Assembly: GCA_977016875.1 (NCBI GenBank)
Contig: CDRNST010000197.1
Coordinates: 186,001 to 250,000, forward strand
Direction of reading: 5' to 3'
Source: Pavona decussata
Taxonomy: Eukaryota
Length of the DNA stretch: 64,000 bases
Shown here piece by piece: positions 1 through 13,242 of this stretch. Under the pieces are notes generated by a model. It saw only the letters and a list, made by a program, of their open reading frames with translations. It was not told the DNA's origin and did not search any database. The translations under genes and the position numbers were made by a program. Numbering within the stretch: the stretch's first letter is position 1; each line of letters begins with the position of its first letter.

Positions 1-3000
1 AACGAGATGCAAGGAAAAGTGGAAGAAATCAGTTCCATGGTAAAAGAGGTAGTGGCAGTTCTAGCAGATCTAAAACCTTTCACCAAGAATTTCTCGCCTA
101 TCCTTGCAACAGCAGGGAAGTTACCTGACTGCCAGCAAATGAAGGAAATAATACTGGATAGCACACGGCCCTGTGTTTACAAAGCACTTAAGATTGGTAA
201 ATCCTTTATCGATCAGTATAAAGACTTAAAAAACGAAATAGAAGTCTTTCGTGGTTTGGTAGCCGACACTTGGAAGAACTTCGAGATCCAGAAATGCACC
301 AAAGGTGGAATTTGCATTTCAAAAGCGTTCATAGAACAGGGAAAGGTAGTTAAAAACAAAGTGGATTCTATCAAAGACAAACTTGAAGAAGCAACAGAGT
401 ACACCAACTTGCTTAAAACGTGTGGAAACGGTGTAGACAATATAATAGCAGTGGTAGACGTTGTAAAGCTTCTCATTGACCAAGTACGAAACTTTTCCAC
501 CAGTGACGATATTCAACGAGTGATAACCGTTTTGCAAACAATCACTGGACGAAATCCGACAGAACTCAAAACTAGACGTGAAAAAAGGCCCATCAAGGAC
601 GCAATAGACCGCATTAACAGAATCTCTGATTATATACAAAAAGCTAAGGAAATGAAGAACAAAATCGAGAACTTCCAAGAAAACACTTTTGAGGCGTTGC
701 AGAGTGTTTACGATGACGCCATACTCAGAAACGTGAAATCACTAAAGGTTGCACGTGTTAAGCTTCAGGTATCGTATAAACTGTGGCAACAGACGAGGAA
801 TGTAGACAATGTTCTAAATACTCTGGATTTAGGAACTAAAAAAGCGTTGGCATTTGCTGGGAAGTTAGAAGACGTGAGTTCTTTGTTCTCGAACCCAACA
901 GTCGACCTTCTTTCTCATACGGCTGAGCTGACTGACGTTGTCAAACCAAATCTCGACAAGTACAACTCAGAGGTCACGGAGGCTGTAGGCAAGGTGAATG
1001 GTTTTATAGACAAAATCAGTGATTTTCTCAATAAAATTCAGACAAGGCAAAGGGGCTTAGATCCAAGCGCTTACAAACCCTGGCAAAAGATATCTTACTG
1101 TTCGGAAGAAGTTTGCTTGCGATTTCTAAGAAGGTCATCATCCTTATATCTATCTACTATTTTCACATGGAAATTTCCTCATCTTGACGACCTATCGTCC
1201 ATGCGAAAAAGTGGCCGTTGGTTGACACCAGGCCTGTTTGATGACTATAAAGTGGAAGGAATATCTCAGTTCTCCAGTAACGAAATGGTTTTAGGAATGC
1301 ATGGCGTGGCAAGTAATCGAGGCAAAGCCTCTCTTCTTGTTATCACAAACTTTGATCAAGGAGTAAGAAAAATTATTCAACTCACCAAACAAGGTCGTCC
1401 TTTGTCAGTGAAAGTCGGTGGAGTCGCCATAGCTAAAAATTTTATCTGGATCAGCAACAGTAATACAAATAAAATTCTATCGGTAAGGAAATCTAGCATC
1501 AAGTCAACGTTTACGTCCCACAAACCTTCAAAGCTTGATATATCCAATGTTGTTTCTGTGGAAGGAACGGCGAGCTCTGTTTCTTATGATGAACCGACGA
1601 ACGTTTTATGGGTAACAAGCAACGCAAATGGGAAAGCTTATGGATATAAGCTGACAGGAACTGGTGATCTGGCGACTACTGGCTTAGCCCCAGATAGAGT
1701 AATTCACATCGGAGAAAACGCTCAGGGGATGGCAATAGTGAGACAATTCGGCAGTGAGTACGCATGTATTTCAAAGTGTGCATTGGTTGCTGGGTTTCAG
1801 TGCAAGATTGAGTTTCATGATCTGAGCAAAGGTGATGAAGTGGGAGACAAAACGCTAGCAAGGGTGGTCCGAACTCCGTCAGGGTTGGAGTCTGTCGCTA
1901 GAGTTGACAATGAAGTTATTGCCGTGGCGTTCTCTAGTGCCACGTTTGCTGAAAAGAAAAATGTAGAACTCGCAGCTGGTGATTATGAAGATCGATACTT
2001 TAAACTGAGGCTGCCAATACTTAACACTACCTTTGGAATAACCGAAAACTGTCTATACTTTAGACTACTCGGGAACTACGTCTTACGACCGAGGACGATT
2101 TTCCCCATTGGAGATGTAATATGTGGATCAAAACGCAAGCGAAACATCGCCCAAGAGCTTTTAGAAAGAGATGTCTATCATGAAAAACTAGAAGAAATCA
2201 TTGGAAGAGGCAAAAGGATTCGTCGGGACTTAACAGCTCCCGGAACTTGCATGAGTTTAACGAAAGGATCATTATTGCGCGGTGCTCATACTTTCTTTGA
2301 AGTGTCAACTACCATTCCAGTGTTTGGAATACCTGTCAGGCTATTTGCAGGAGCTAGAGGTCACTACAGTGTCGGTTACAAGGTAGGGCTGTGCATGAAG
2401 AGTAAAGTTTTTAAATTGGGTCTTATACCAGGGGCGTGGATAACGGCATACGCTGGAGCTAGCTTAGCTCTTTTTGTTGTTGAAGCTGGAGTAACAATTG
2501 AGGCCAGAATCCTCGAGACTTACCTTGTTCCAGAGTTACGCGTGGATATTGGCAAATGGCCCATACAAGCCTGTATCGAGCTAAGGCAACGGATGACGCC
2601 CCTCAGCATCAAAGTTTACCTCTGGTATAGGTTTTTTAAGATTAAAATCAGTAACGTCCGGGTTATTGGCATGGACATCAGCTTCACATTTGGTCCAAAG
2701 AAGACATTCAAAGAATGGTGGTGGTCGGCAAGGCAAATCGATAGAATACTTTTTACCAATTGCAAAATGAATGTAGACACAACGGCACCTGAAGCGGGAT
2801 CCTGCACGGCTCGACAGGTCGCAGACAAGAAATACTTCATTCAGTGGCATGGATTTACCGAAGACACCAAAATAAACGCATACCATGTCCGTATAGGATC
2901 TATTGAAGGTTCTGGTGATGACTACTCTACCTTGGTTGATACATCGCTCAGTCTTATTGTTAGAAATCTTGGAATAATGCATGGCAGAAGCGTTTTTGTA

Positions 3001-6000
3001 AGTGTCATGGCTACGAACGATGAAGGTTTGGAAAGTTCCTTAGTTTATTGCCCCGTGTTCGAAGCAAGGCGAAAGGGACCACAGATTCGTTATGTTTATG
3101 ATGGTACACCGGAAGGAAGGGACGCTGATTACCAACATGATGTGTATTCCCTGGGAATGAACTTTGCATTAAAGAGTGATTTCAGTGAAATTGCAGCTCT
3201 GAAATGGGGAGTTTCTTCACAGTCATCCTGTTTGTTTGATGAATCAGAATCCAACGTGGTAACTTTGACATCTCTCGGTGATTCGAACACAGTCCAGGTA
3301 TCTGGTTTAAGCCTTGAACACGGTAAAAGGTACTTTACTCGCTTGTATGCATTAAATTCATTTGGACTGAAAGCAGTTATGTGCAGTGATGGTATATTAA
3401 TTGACACAACTCCACCCATACCAGTAACTTTTCAAGACGGTGCTGGTGAAGCCGATGTTAAGTTCCTTTCGTCCGTAAGACGTGTTCGTGGAAAATTTAT
3501 TCCTTTTATTGATCCGGAGAGTCCTATAGTTAAGTATGAATGGAAGATTGTGAATAATGTGTCCGGTGAAGATGTTACTCCATTTGTTAGGGTACCCCTC
3601 ACCCAGAAGACACCCCTAATGGAAGGCCTCTCCCTTGAAGCTGGCTCTCCTTACAGGCTTGTCCTTCGTGGAACTAACGCAGCAGGACTTCAAGCAATTA
3701 TTGAGACAAATGGTTTTATACCGGATACCACCTCGCCGAATTGCACCGGGAATGTCATTGATGTGACTGATGAAACAGACACATCTGACGTAGATTTTGT
3801 GAGACATTTATCCAGTATTCAAGCAAAGTGGAAATGCTTTGATCGTGAAAGTGGTATCCATTCTCAGCTGGTGGGTGTAGGAACGTACCCTGGTGGTGAT
3901 GACATAAATGCATTAGAAAATTTCAGGTTTCTTTCGCACTCCTTAATGGAAAACGGAATGTATTACGTACGGTTTCTTAACACGAGCATTTTCCCAAGAG
4001 TAAGATACCATGTTACAATCAAAATCATCAATGGAGCGGGTCTAAAGAAAACAATCTATTCGGACGGCATTTTGATAGACACTACTCCACCTACCGTTGC
4101 GCCTGAGTACATTAAAGATGGCAAAGGGTTAAAAGACAAAAACTTCACCAGTGAACGGTTTGCTTTCAGTGCACACTGGGAACAAGCGTTCAGTGATACG
4201 GAAAGTGGTATAGCGAAATATTATGTCGGCCTTGGTACAAGACCTGGATTAACTGATATTGAAGAATTGAGCGCAGTGGGCTTACAAACAAATGTGACAG
4301 TGACTGGACTGCTCCTGGAAAGTGGCCAGCGTTACTACGCAACTGTTGTGGGTTGTAACAAAGTGGGAATGTGTATTAATGCAAGTAGCAACGGTGCCAC
4401 TGTTGACGCTGTACCTCCTCATTCCGGAAAAGTCATCACAGGATTTAAAGGTCCTCCCGTTTTGTTTCAGTGGATTACTAAATCTGTTTGGGCTAGGTGG
4501 AACTGGTGTTTTGCAGATGAAAAGAGGATTTCTGGCACTCTAAATATCAGCCAATGTAGCAATGACAGTTTCTATGATGTACACAGCGGAATTGACATGT
4601 TTGGCATATCGGTGTTGTCACCAAAATTAGAGCTTCTTGCCCCTTATAAGTTAGCTGGACGCCAACGACTTAGCGGCCGCAATGTAAATCTTCGAGATGG
4701 GGTCTATTCAGTCGTCATCGAAGCCAGAGACAAAGCAGGTGTTAAATCTCGTGGTTTTTCAAACACGTTTATCGTTGACACCACTCCTCCTTTCATAATA
4801 ACTGTACAGCATGGGCATTATGGTGAGACAATAGAGTACGTGAATACTCCGGTTATGACGTTCCGGTCCTTCTTCGCCGTCGAGGACGATCTTTCTATGG
4901 TTACAGCTTACAGAGTTGGCGTTGGTAGTTTTTCTGGAGCCGATGACGTTATCAAATTTGAGACTGTCTCCTTACGCCATCCCACACCATTTCTGCGTGC
5001 CAACTGGACATCTCTCAACTCCACATCTCTAAAAGATAACCGGCGTTATTTTATCACAATATTTGTCAGAAACAGCGCTGGCCTCTTCACCATTAAATCA
5101 TCCTCTCCTCTGGTTTCTGATTTTGAGGCTCCTAAAAATGGATTTGTAATGGATGGATGGGGCTTCAACGACGCTGAATATCAAAGCTTTTCATCTCTCT
5201 ACCGAGCACATTGGTATGGATTTACAGATTTCTCAGGAATCGAGACCGTTTACTTCGGGTTGTCCAGCAAACCTAATTCAACTGTATGTGATGTCATAAA
5301 GGAAGAGATCGTTTCGGGCAAGACCGACTTCCACGTCTTGTCCGGTCTAAACTTGACCTCTGGTACAAAATACTATGCTTGTCTCAAGCTGGTAGACAAG
5401 GCTGGGAATTCTGCAATGATTCAGTCCAACGGAGCAATGGTCGATACTAGTGCTCCACTCCCAGGATATGTTTTGGATGGTGGACCACACCAGCAAATAG
5501 ACATTCAGATTGAGAACTCAGTCCTTAGAGCTTCATGGTGCAATTTCACAGAACGCGAAACAAAAATTGTGTCATATCAACTGGCGTTTGGTTCTTTCCC
5601 AGGGGGCCAAGACATTCAAGAATTTACAGACGTGGGACTTGTCAATACAGCCAGGAGTTCGAAACTAAAGGTTCCAGAACTCACATCTGGTCATCGTTAT
5701 TATGCTTCTGTGATCGCCCTTAATGTACTTGGAATGCCAAGCTCTGTGGTCTCGTCAGACGGTGTGCTAGTGGATTTCACTCCCCCACGTTTCTCACAAC
5801 CAGTTCGTGATGGAAGTGATCATAGTAAAGAGCTAAGTTACACGGCGGAGAACTCTCTAAAGGCAACATGGATCTGCGAAGATCCAGAAACTAATATTTT
5901 GTCCATTGAAATCGCTTTTGGCTCACAGCCAGGGGAAGCAGATGTCCTTAATTACACGAGCCTATCAGTGACGCAAACATCGTTTATGATCAATCATAAG

Positions 6001-8236
6001 CTTCATCTCGGCTATCGATATTTTGGTATTGTTCGATGTACAAACAAACTTAACCTTACAGCTGCCATCTTCTCAGATGGTGTTGTGTATGATGATACGC
6101 CTCCTGATCCAGTTTATATCCAAGATGGAGACTATCAAGACTCAAATAGGACATTGGCGATGTCATTTAAGTTTGTTGATAAGGAAAGTGGTATTCAAAC
6201 ATACAGAGTTGAAGTGTGGGAAGAGGGTTCCTCGGGTCTGTACGGTTCTTTTGTTTTCTATGGTAATGCCACGAGGGTGAATTTACAGCTATCCAAAGAC
6301 CTGGTTAGCGGGAAAAGATATTATGTGAATGTGACAGCAGTAAACGGCGTCGGTTTGGGAATGACAGAACAATCAGATGGATTTATTGTCGATGCGTCTC
6401 CTCCAATATGCTCGCAAGTTTGGGATGGCAAAGGCGATTATCAAGATGACCAGGAATATGCATCAAGTTCAAGCAGATCCGTGATTTCCTGGGTATGCTA
6501 TGACAACGAATCACCTATAGTTCGGTATCGATTTTCAGTCAAGGACGTTCACACATTGGAGCACGCTATTCCATTTTACGCGTCAAAAAGGCGAGTTAAT
6601 TCCTCAGCGCCAGCAATCATTTCGGGAAGGGGTCGGATTAACCCACGATTTCTGGAAGGACATACTTACGCAGGTGGAATTGAGATAACCAACGCTGTCG
6701 GCATGAAAACCGTTTACTGGACAAATGGTGTTACGATTGACAGTACTCCTCCTCTAGTGACGAATCTAAAGATCACATTTTATCCACAAGAGGACTACTT
6801 GAAGGCTGATTGGTTAGTCAGTGACAAAGAGAGTGGCGTGAAGTCAATATTGTGGGGGCTTGGTACTACACCAGAAACAAACGATATAAAGAACTACACT
6901 GTCGTGTCACCGTTTAGTACAAATGTATCCACATCAAGTGTTTCCTTTCAACAGGGACTTACTTGCTTTTTAAATTTGATGGCTGTTAATAACGGCGATT
7001 TATCAACCAAAACGTCTTCACAGGCCGTCATTGTGGATCGCACAGCACCAAATTCCGGAGTCGTAGCTGCATATTATGCTTTTCCGCGTACCTATGATCG
7101 AAATATAAACCAGGTACCAAATTCAACTATTGTTGTGACTTGGACAGGATTTATAGATCAAGAAAGTGGCGTCAAAGAAACCAGCTGGGCTATTGGAATA
7201 GACCGTCAGCAGCTCCACCGAGGTGCGTCGGATGTGTATACTGTAGTGGACCCTGGCGAGTCCGTTGGTGGAGTCATCATAACGAATCTAACTCTTGTGG
7301 GCAATGAAACATATTTCGTTTGTGTGCGAGTTACAAATGGTGTCGGTCTTACAAGAACAGATTGCTCACCAGGAATGCTAGTTGTATTGGGTCAACTCTC
7401 TGCTGGTGTGGTGAGTGACGGGCCGATTACTTCATCGGATGACATTGACTTCCAACTTGACGACAAAGCACTTTGGGCGCATTGGAAAGGTTTTGACGAT
7501 CCAGTGTTTGGTATCTCAAGATATGAATGGTGCATCAGGGATCAGCTGCCCAATCCATCTGGATCAGACTTGTGTAAATGGTCTTTTATGGATATTGATC
7601 ATTTGAAAACTACAGCTAGCCGGTTTCACAATCTGACTCTATTGCATGGAACAAAATATTATGTGACAGTAAAGGCCGAAAACACCAGAGGTGACACCGT
7701 GATGTCGTCTTCGGATGGTGTGGTAGTTGATCGAACACCTCCAATTGGAAACGCAATCCGGATCGCACAATCATCGGGAAGAGAGACTGTGTTTCTAACT
7801 TCAGCTTCTGCTCCAGTAGTTACCTGGTCGATTGACGATACTGAGAGTGGAATCAGCCACTTTCTTGTTGGCGTCGGAAGCTTTCCATTTCAGGATGATC
7901 TATTAACTTTTCAACGCGTCGACAGTCTTAGCCGTTCCATTGACTTAGATCGTGTAAATTTGACGCTTTATGAAGGAATGTCATTCTACGTAACAGTCAC
8001 TGGCGTCAACATGCTTGGTCTAGAGACTACACTGGTATCCGCGCAGGCAGTGGTGGACTGGACGCCACCGGAGTTTGATAAAATCGTGGATGGTAACGTT
8101 ACCAAGCCGCTTACGCAGGGATTTATTGATAGCGATTACGAAAGGGACAAAGGAATGCTATTTTCTCACTGGCGTGGAATTCAAGATCCTGAAAGTGATG
8201 TTATAGAATACCACTGGTGTGTTGGAACATCACAGG
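1..8236 (+). CDS. Giant FN3-like-repeat surface protein, very large exon (5'-partial): helical/coiled region, predicted beta-propeller, beta-rich domain, repeats 1-17
   Basis: Frame is open from base 1 (aac gag atg). Donor CAGG|GTAAGC at 8236/8237, phase 1. Recurrent motif D-x-T-P-P...DG...W-x-x-F-x-D-x-ESGI...Y...G...YY-x-TV-x-A-x-N-x-AGL. Confidence 0.9.
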
Positions 8237-8697
8237 GTAAGCATTTGTTTAGGCTTGTTATTCTTTTTTTTTCGGGTTTCAACACTTAAACACTTAATAT
8301 TTACCGTAAATAAAGCTTTTTAATACTACTAGACCATATTCATGAACATCCAACTGACTTCCCAACAAGAGTTGTGTCCTTGGGCTGATCGAGTTTCATA
8401 TGCATGGACACTGGTTGGAAACCTGTCGAACCTATCACAGGGACTGGAATGTTTACTTTAACTACCAATTCTACATGTTTCTCTTCTATGAACATTATTT
8501 TTGCCACAAAAGAGCGAATTACGATAAATAAAGAAGCAAATTGTGTTTATTCTTTTGTCTCAATGTCAAGAAGGTTTAAAATGGACATTTTAAGGCAACG
8601 TTCTGTGTATTCGAGTAGATAATGTACTTCTACCACATGCTGGGATTTTGTAACTCATTCAATAGCAGAGGTGTTAAAAGGTTCGTTTTATTTTCAG

Positions 8698-10178
8698 GGG
8701 GTTGCCAGGTAAAAGAAATGACAGCTGCTGATCTGCAAACAAGTGTGTGGCACCCACTCGCTTCTCAAGACGGCTTGCAGTATTTCTTTACTGTCGAAGC
8801 AACAAATGGAGCCGGCCTTAAACAATCAGTCTCTTCTGACGATATAATAATCGATACTTCTCCACCTGTGATAAGTGATATTTACCACGGCGCTGAAAAA
8901 GCAGAGAAAAATGCGGCTCACGTGATGTCTCAAAGTGTTGGTGACCAGTTAGCATTCTGTTGGGATAAGCCGTATGACGACGAGAGTGGAATTTTGTCTG
9001 TTAAATGGTGCGCAGGTACCAGCAACAACTCCTGTGACATCATATCGTTGACGTCTGTAGATCCAGGAGATGATTGTGTGAGATATTTCATGTCTAAATC
9101 GCTGACGTCTGGTACGATTGTGTTCATAATGCTGCTAGTCACAAATGGCGCAGGAATAACATCTGAGGTCGTCACCTCACCCCTGTTAATTGATACCACA
9201 CCGCCATCAGAAGGAAACGTGAACATTGGAAATACGGTCAAACTCAAGTATTTCAGAAAGGGGGATTTAATTAAAGCCGAATGGCGTGGTTTCGCTGACA
9301 ATGAGAGTCGTTTGAGCCACTTCGAGTGGGCTATCTGTCAAGTCAGTGCGAAAGACATATGTATTAGCCCATATGTTAACGCTGGAGGTAAGACGACAGT
9401 GGAGATCGACACCTTGGGTCTAAGATATGGAGTTTCATATGCTGTCATTGTCCGAGCCTTTAATAAGGTTGGACTTTTTAGTGAAGCAGCTTCGAGTCAG
9501 TTTATTTTAGATGGTACGAAACCATCTGCTGGAACTATATACGATGGATTACAGGGACGAAAAGATATAGAATTTCAAAGCTCTACCACAGAAATGTCTG
9601 CAAACTGGTCGCCATTTACTGACAGGAATGGAGAGATAGCTGAGTACGAGATGTGTATAGGCATAGAAGTAAGAGCATGTGACGTAAGCGACTTTGTTAG
9701 TATTGGCATCAATCTTAAAGGAACAGTGTCAGGGTTAAGGCTGAAGCACAACGAAAAATTCTTTATTACCGTACGAGCAACAACCGAGTCCGGCTACAGC
9801 CAAACCGCAACATCTAATGGCGTCAGAGTTGATAGCACTCCAGCTGTAACAGGAGAAGTCAGAGACGGACAGACACTCGCGGACATCGACTACCAGGCAG
9901 ATGACACGTACATCTATGCCAACTGGGACAACTTTCAGGATGAAGAATCAGACGTCACCGAGTACACATGGTGTGCCGGCACAGGAAAAGGAATATGTGA
10001 CATTGTTCCAGAAACCAACGTTGGAGATCGCACTAGCGCTAAACAGCAGATTGAACCTGCACTTCCTGAAGGAATAGAAATCTTCGTTACTGTTACCACC
10101 TTTAACAATGCAGGCGCCTCTACCTCGTCTTCTTCAGATGGGTTCAAAGTGGATAAATCTGTTCCTATCCTCTCAAAG
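8698..10178 (+). CDS. Giant protein exon (FN3-like repeats)
   Basis: Acceptor ttttcag|GG completes phase 1. Donor AAG|GTAACT, phase 0. Same repeat motif. Confidence 0.9.
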
Positions 10179-10508
10179 GTAACTAAAGTTGGCTAGAAAT
10201 GTCTCCACTGTTGTCTTACGTCTAGACCACTTTACGATATTTATGTAAATATTATATTTAGGTATTAGCGGGAGTGTCAATAATTAATGTAAGGTGTTTT
10301 ACTAGACTGATTTGAGCAATGCACTTTTCCTGTACTCTAAGAGCGTCGTGGGAAACAAGTTCTTGTAATATTTCATTTGTGTGGTGTCACGTTTTATCTT
10401 CAGGTCATTATATAACTTCTCAAGAGTGGAGGTTTGATTGTAAAAATGACGGGCTTAGGAGACTTTCTGATTTTGAATATTTTTCTGTTTACTCCTTATA
10501 TTCACCAG

Positions 10509-11151
10509 GTCCTGGACTTGCAGCTGGGTTTGGGCGATTCTGATGTTGACTACCTCACCGCAAAGGAAGAGTATTGCGTTAGCTGGGATGCCATGGATGC
10601 TGAGAGTGGCATACTAACAAGCAATGTTTCTGTCTGCTCTGAATTGAACAAGAACGACTGCCCACTGCACAGCCTTGAAGTCGGCAACCAAACGTCTGTC
10701 TGCATGTCTGATATGGAATTTAAAGAAGGTATCCGGTATGTGACGAAGGTTAGCACTGAGAACAACGTTGGGCTATCCACAGAGTTCTTCTCAGATGGCT
10801 TTGTAATTGACACTACTCCACCTGTAATGGGTGAGGTTTTATACCCTGATAAGCCGAAGACAACCGACGAGGAGACTGCAGAAACATTCACACATTCTGA
10901 AATTATTGTCCAGTGGAATGGGTTCTGGGACAAAGAAAGCGGTATTCGGACCACTTATGTTTGTGTTGGTACTCAGCCAGGACAGTGTAACATCAAGAAC
11001 TTTACAGATGCGAGAAATTCCACTTCGTACACCTTTGGAGACTTACCGCTTGTTCAAGGAAAGACGTACTTTGTCTCTGTCCAGGCTGAAAACAGAGCTG
11101 GTCTCAGAAGTGATGTGAAGACATCTGATGCGATTGTTGTTGACAAGACAG
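10509..11151 (+). CDS. Giant protein exon (FN3-like repeats)
   Basis: Acceptor ttcaccag|GTC, phase 0. Donor ACAG|GTGCAC, phase 1. Confidence 0.88.
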
Positions 11152-11509
11152 GTGCACAATTTCTCTCATGAGAAGATTGTTATTAGAGATTGTTACGATC
11201 TTGATAAACAGAGGCGCTGTTATAGATTCATACTTCGAACTGAGCCTTGTGATAATCAGGCAAAGAAAGAACATTACTTTGGCTTTGCGTTCTCCCTTTA
11301 CTTTCTGAGATTCACACTAGTACTCGTAACAAAGAATTGTAGTTCCTTTGCTTTGCTTTCAACAGGGTGAAGAGCGTTCTGATCTTCCATTTTATTGTTG
11401 CATTAAAGATATCTCGGTCCGTAGCATTTGAGGAATAGAATACTCGTCCTGCTTGAATAACGCTAGGGTAATCAGCTAACTGCCTGTTTGTGAACTTTTG
11501 TATTGGCAG

Positions 11510-12049
11510 GACCTATTAATGGAGGTGGAATACAAGCTGGAAGTGAGAGGGGTGGCGACATTGATGTTCAAGAAAGCCGAAGCCATATTGCAGCTTACTG
11601 GAATGCCTTTGAAGATCTGGAAAGTGACGTCATGAAAGTCACGTGGTGTGCGGGACTGTCTTCAGGTGATTGTGACCTCTTGAAAGAGACACAACTGACG
11701 CCAGATAGCACGTCTGTCCGTAAGGTCCTAACGCAGCCAATTAAGAATGGCCAGCAATACTATATCACCGTGACTGCAACAAATACTGCCGGCGTGACAA
11801 CTTCACTTACATCGAATGGCGTGACGGTTGACGATACTCCTCCAATTTCTGGTATCGTGATCGATGGAATTATCTCAGATGTGGATTACTTGAATGGCGA
11901 GGACGATATCAGTGCTAGCTGGTTTGGCTTTGAGGACTTAGAGTCCGGTATCGCGTCTTACGAAGTGGCCTTATGCGACACTAGGAACTTGTCATCCTGC
12001 CCGCAGCCCTTCGCTGGAGTTGGGAAAACAAAGAATGTCACTATCACAG
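11510..12049 (+). CDS. Giant protein exon (FN3-like repeats)
   Basis: Acceptor tggcag|GA. Donor ACAG|GTACAA, phase 1. The repeat continues across both junctions. Confidence 0.88.
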
Positions 12050-12085
12050 GTACAAATATCATTCGCGGCAGTTACCCCTGGCAAG

Positions 12086-12346
12086 TGTGGGAAGTGTGGC
12101 GCGATATGTTCGTTAATTCGATCACAGTTATTGATATCCATCTCCTAATTTTTAGCAATTGGACTATTTAGGACATTTTGTGGGAAGTGTGGCGTGATAT
12201 GTTTGTTAATTCGATCACAGTTATTGATGTCCATCTCCTAATTTTTAGCAATTGGACTATTTAGGACATTTTGTGGGAAGTGTGGCGTAATATGTTCGTT
12301 AATTCGATCACAGTTATTGATATCCATCTCCTTATTTTTAGCAATT
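12086..12346. repeat. Intronic tandem repeat, 93-bp unit, ~2.8 copies
   Basis: tgtgggaagtgtggcg recurs at 12086, 12179 and 12272 with near-identical units. Confidence 0.9.
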
Positions 12347-12405
12347 AGTGGCGGCATCATATTCCCTATTTTAGCCTCTTATTTATTTACTTACCTTTTT
12401 AACAG

Positions 12406-12595
12406 GTCTAGACCTAGAAAGAGGTGTGAAATACATATTTATTGTAAGGGCAATCAACTACGCTGGACTTAATGTTAAGGCTGTTTCCAATGGATTTACA
12501 GTGGATTTTACTCCTCCGACGATTAGCAGTGCATGGATTGGAACTGACATTGAGAATGTTCCTTACCAGTCAGATTCTACCAGGATGGTTATAAG
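12406..12595 (+). CDS. Giant protein exon missed by the ORF track (LDLERGVKYIFIVRAINYAGL...VDFTPP...)
   Basis: Acceptor ttttaacag|GT, donor AG|GTAAAT. Phase 1 to phase 2 fits both neighbours, and it encodes the missing second half of a repeat. Confidence 0.9.
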
Positions 12596-13242
12596 GTAAA
12601 TGCCAACGCTATGTTCATACGATTCATATGAATACGGCTGTGGAAGAATCTCTTTTAGAGCACGCGGACGAAACAGGTTCTTTTCTGCCGAGAAAATTCC
12701 AAGTACAAACCGTAAGATCCGAGAATTGTGGCATGTGGAAATGTTAATTAAGGTTTCACATGTTAAACGCTCCAAATCCTTAGCGATAGGTGATGAAAGT
12801 TCCCGCCTTGTCTTCAACGATTCATATATTTTTAAAAAGCAAAGCAAAAGCTACCAAACTACGTGACGTTTCGTTTTATCCGGTAATGACATGTCATTGT
12901 TCACTTGACTCAGTTGATGTTTCCATAGGAAACATAGCATTTTTTCCCTTATAATGGAAAATTTTTGACCGTAAAAAGTTTACATTTTCCGTTCATTTTA
13001 TAGTTTCTTAGAGCACAAATCTTAGCCCTAGTCCGAGGTTCAGTTACGATGTTTACCTTCACTTCAAAACTTCCATTAGTTATCCGAGCTTTTTGGATGG
13101 TAAAAGGAAAAGCCTTTGATAACCAATCACAAAGACGGGAACCGTGGTAAAAGTTAGGCTTGAATTGGAGTAGCATCCAACCATGGGCAGGTAAATGTAA
13201 TGACCCAATTCAATATTCCTCCCATTTATCACTTTATTGCAG

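Noticed and set aside
7-9. ATG at 7 as the start codon of the giant protein
   Set aside because: The frame is open to the window edge and no signal peptide follows, so the true start is upstream.
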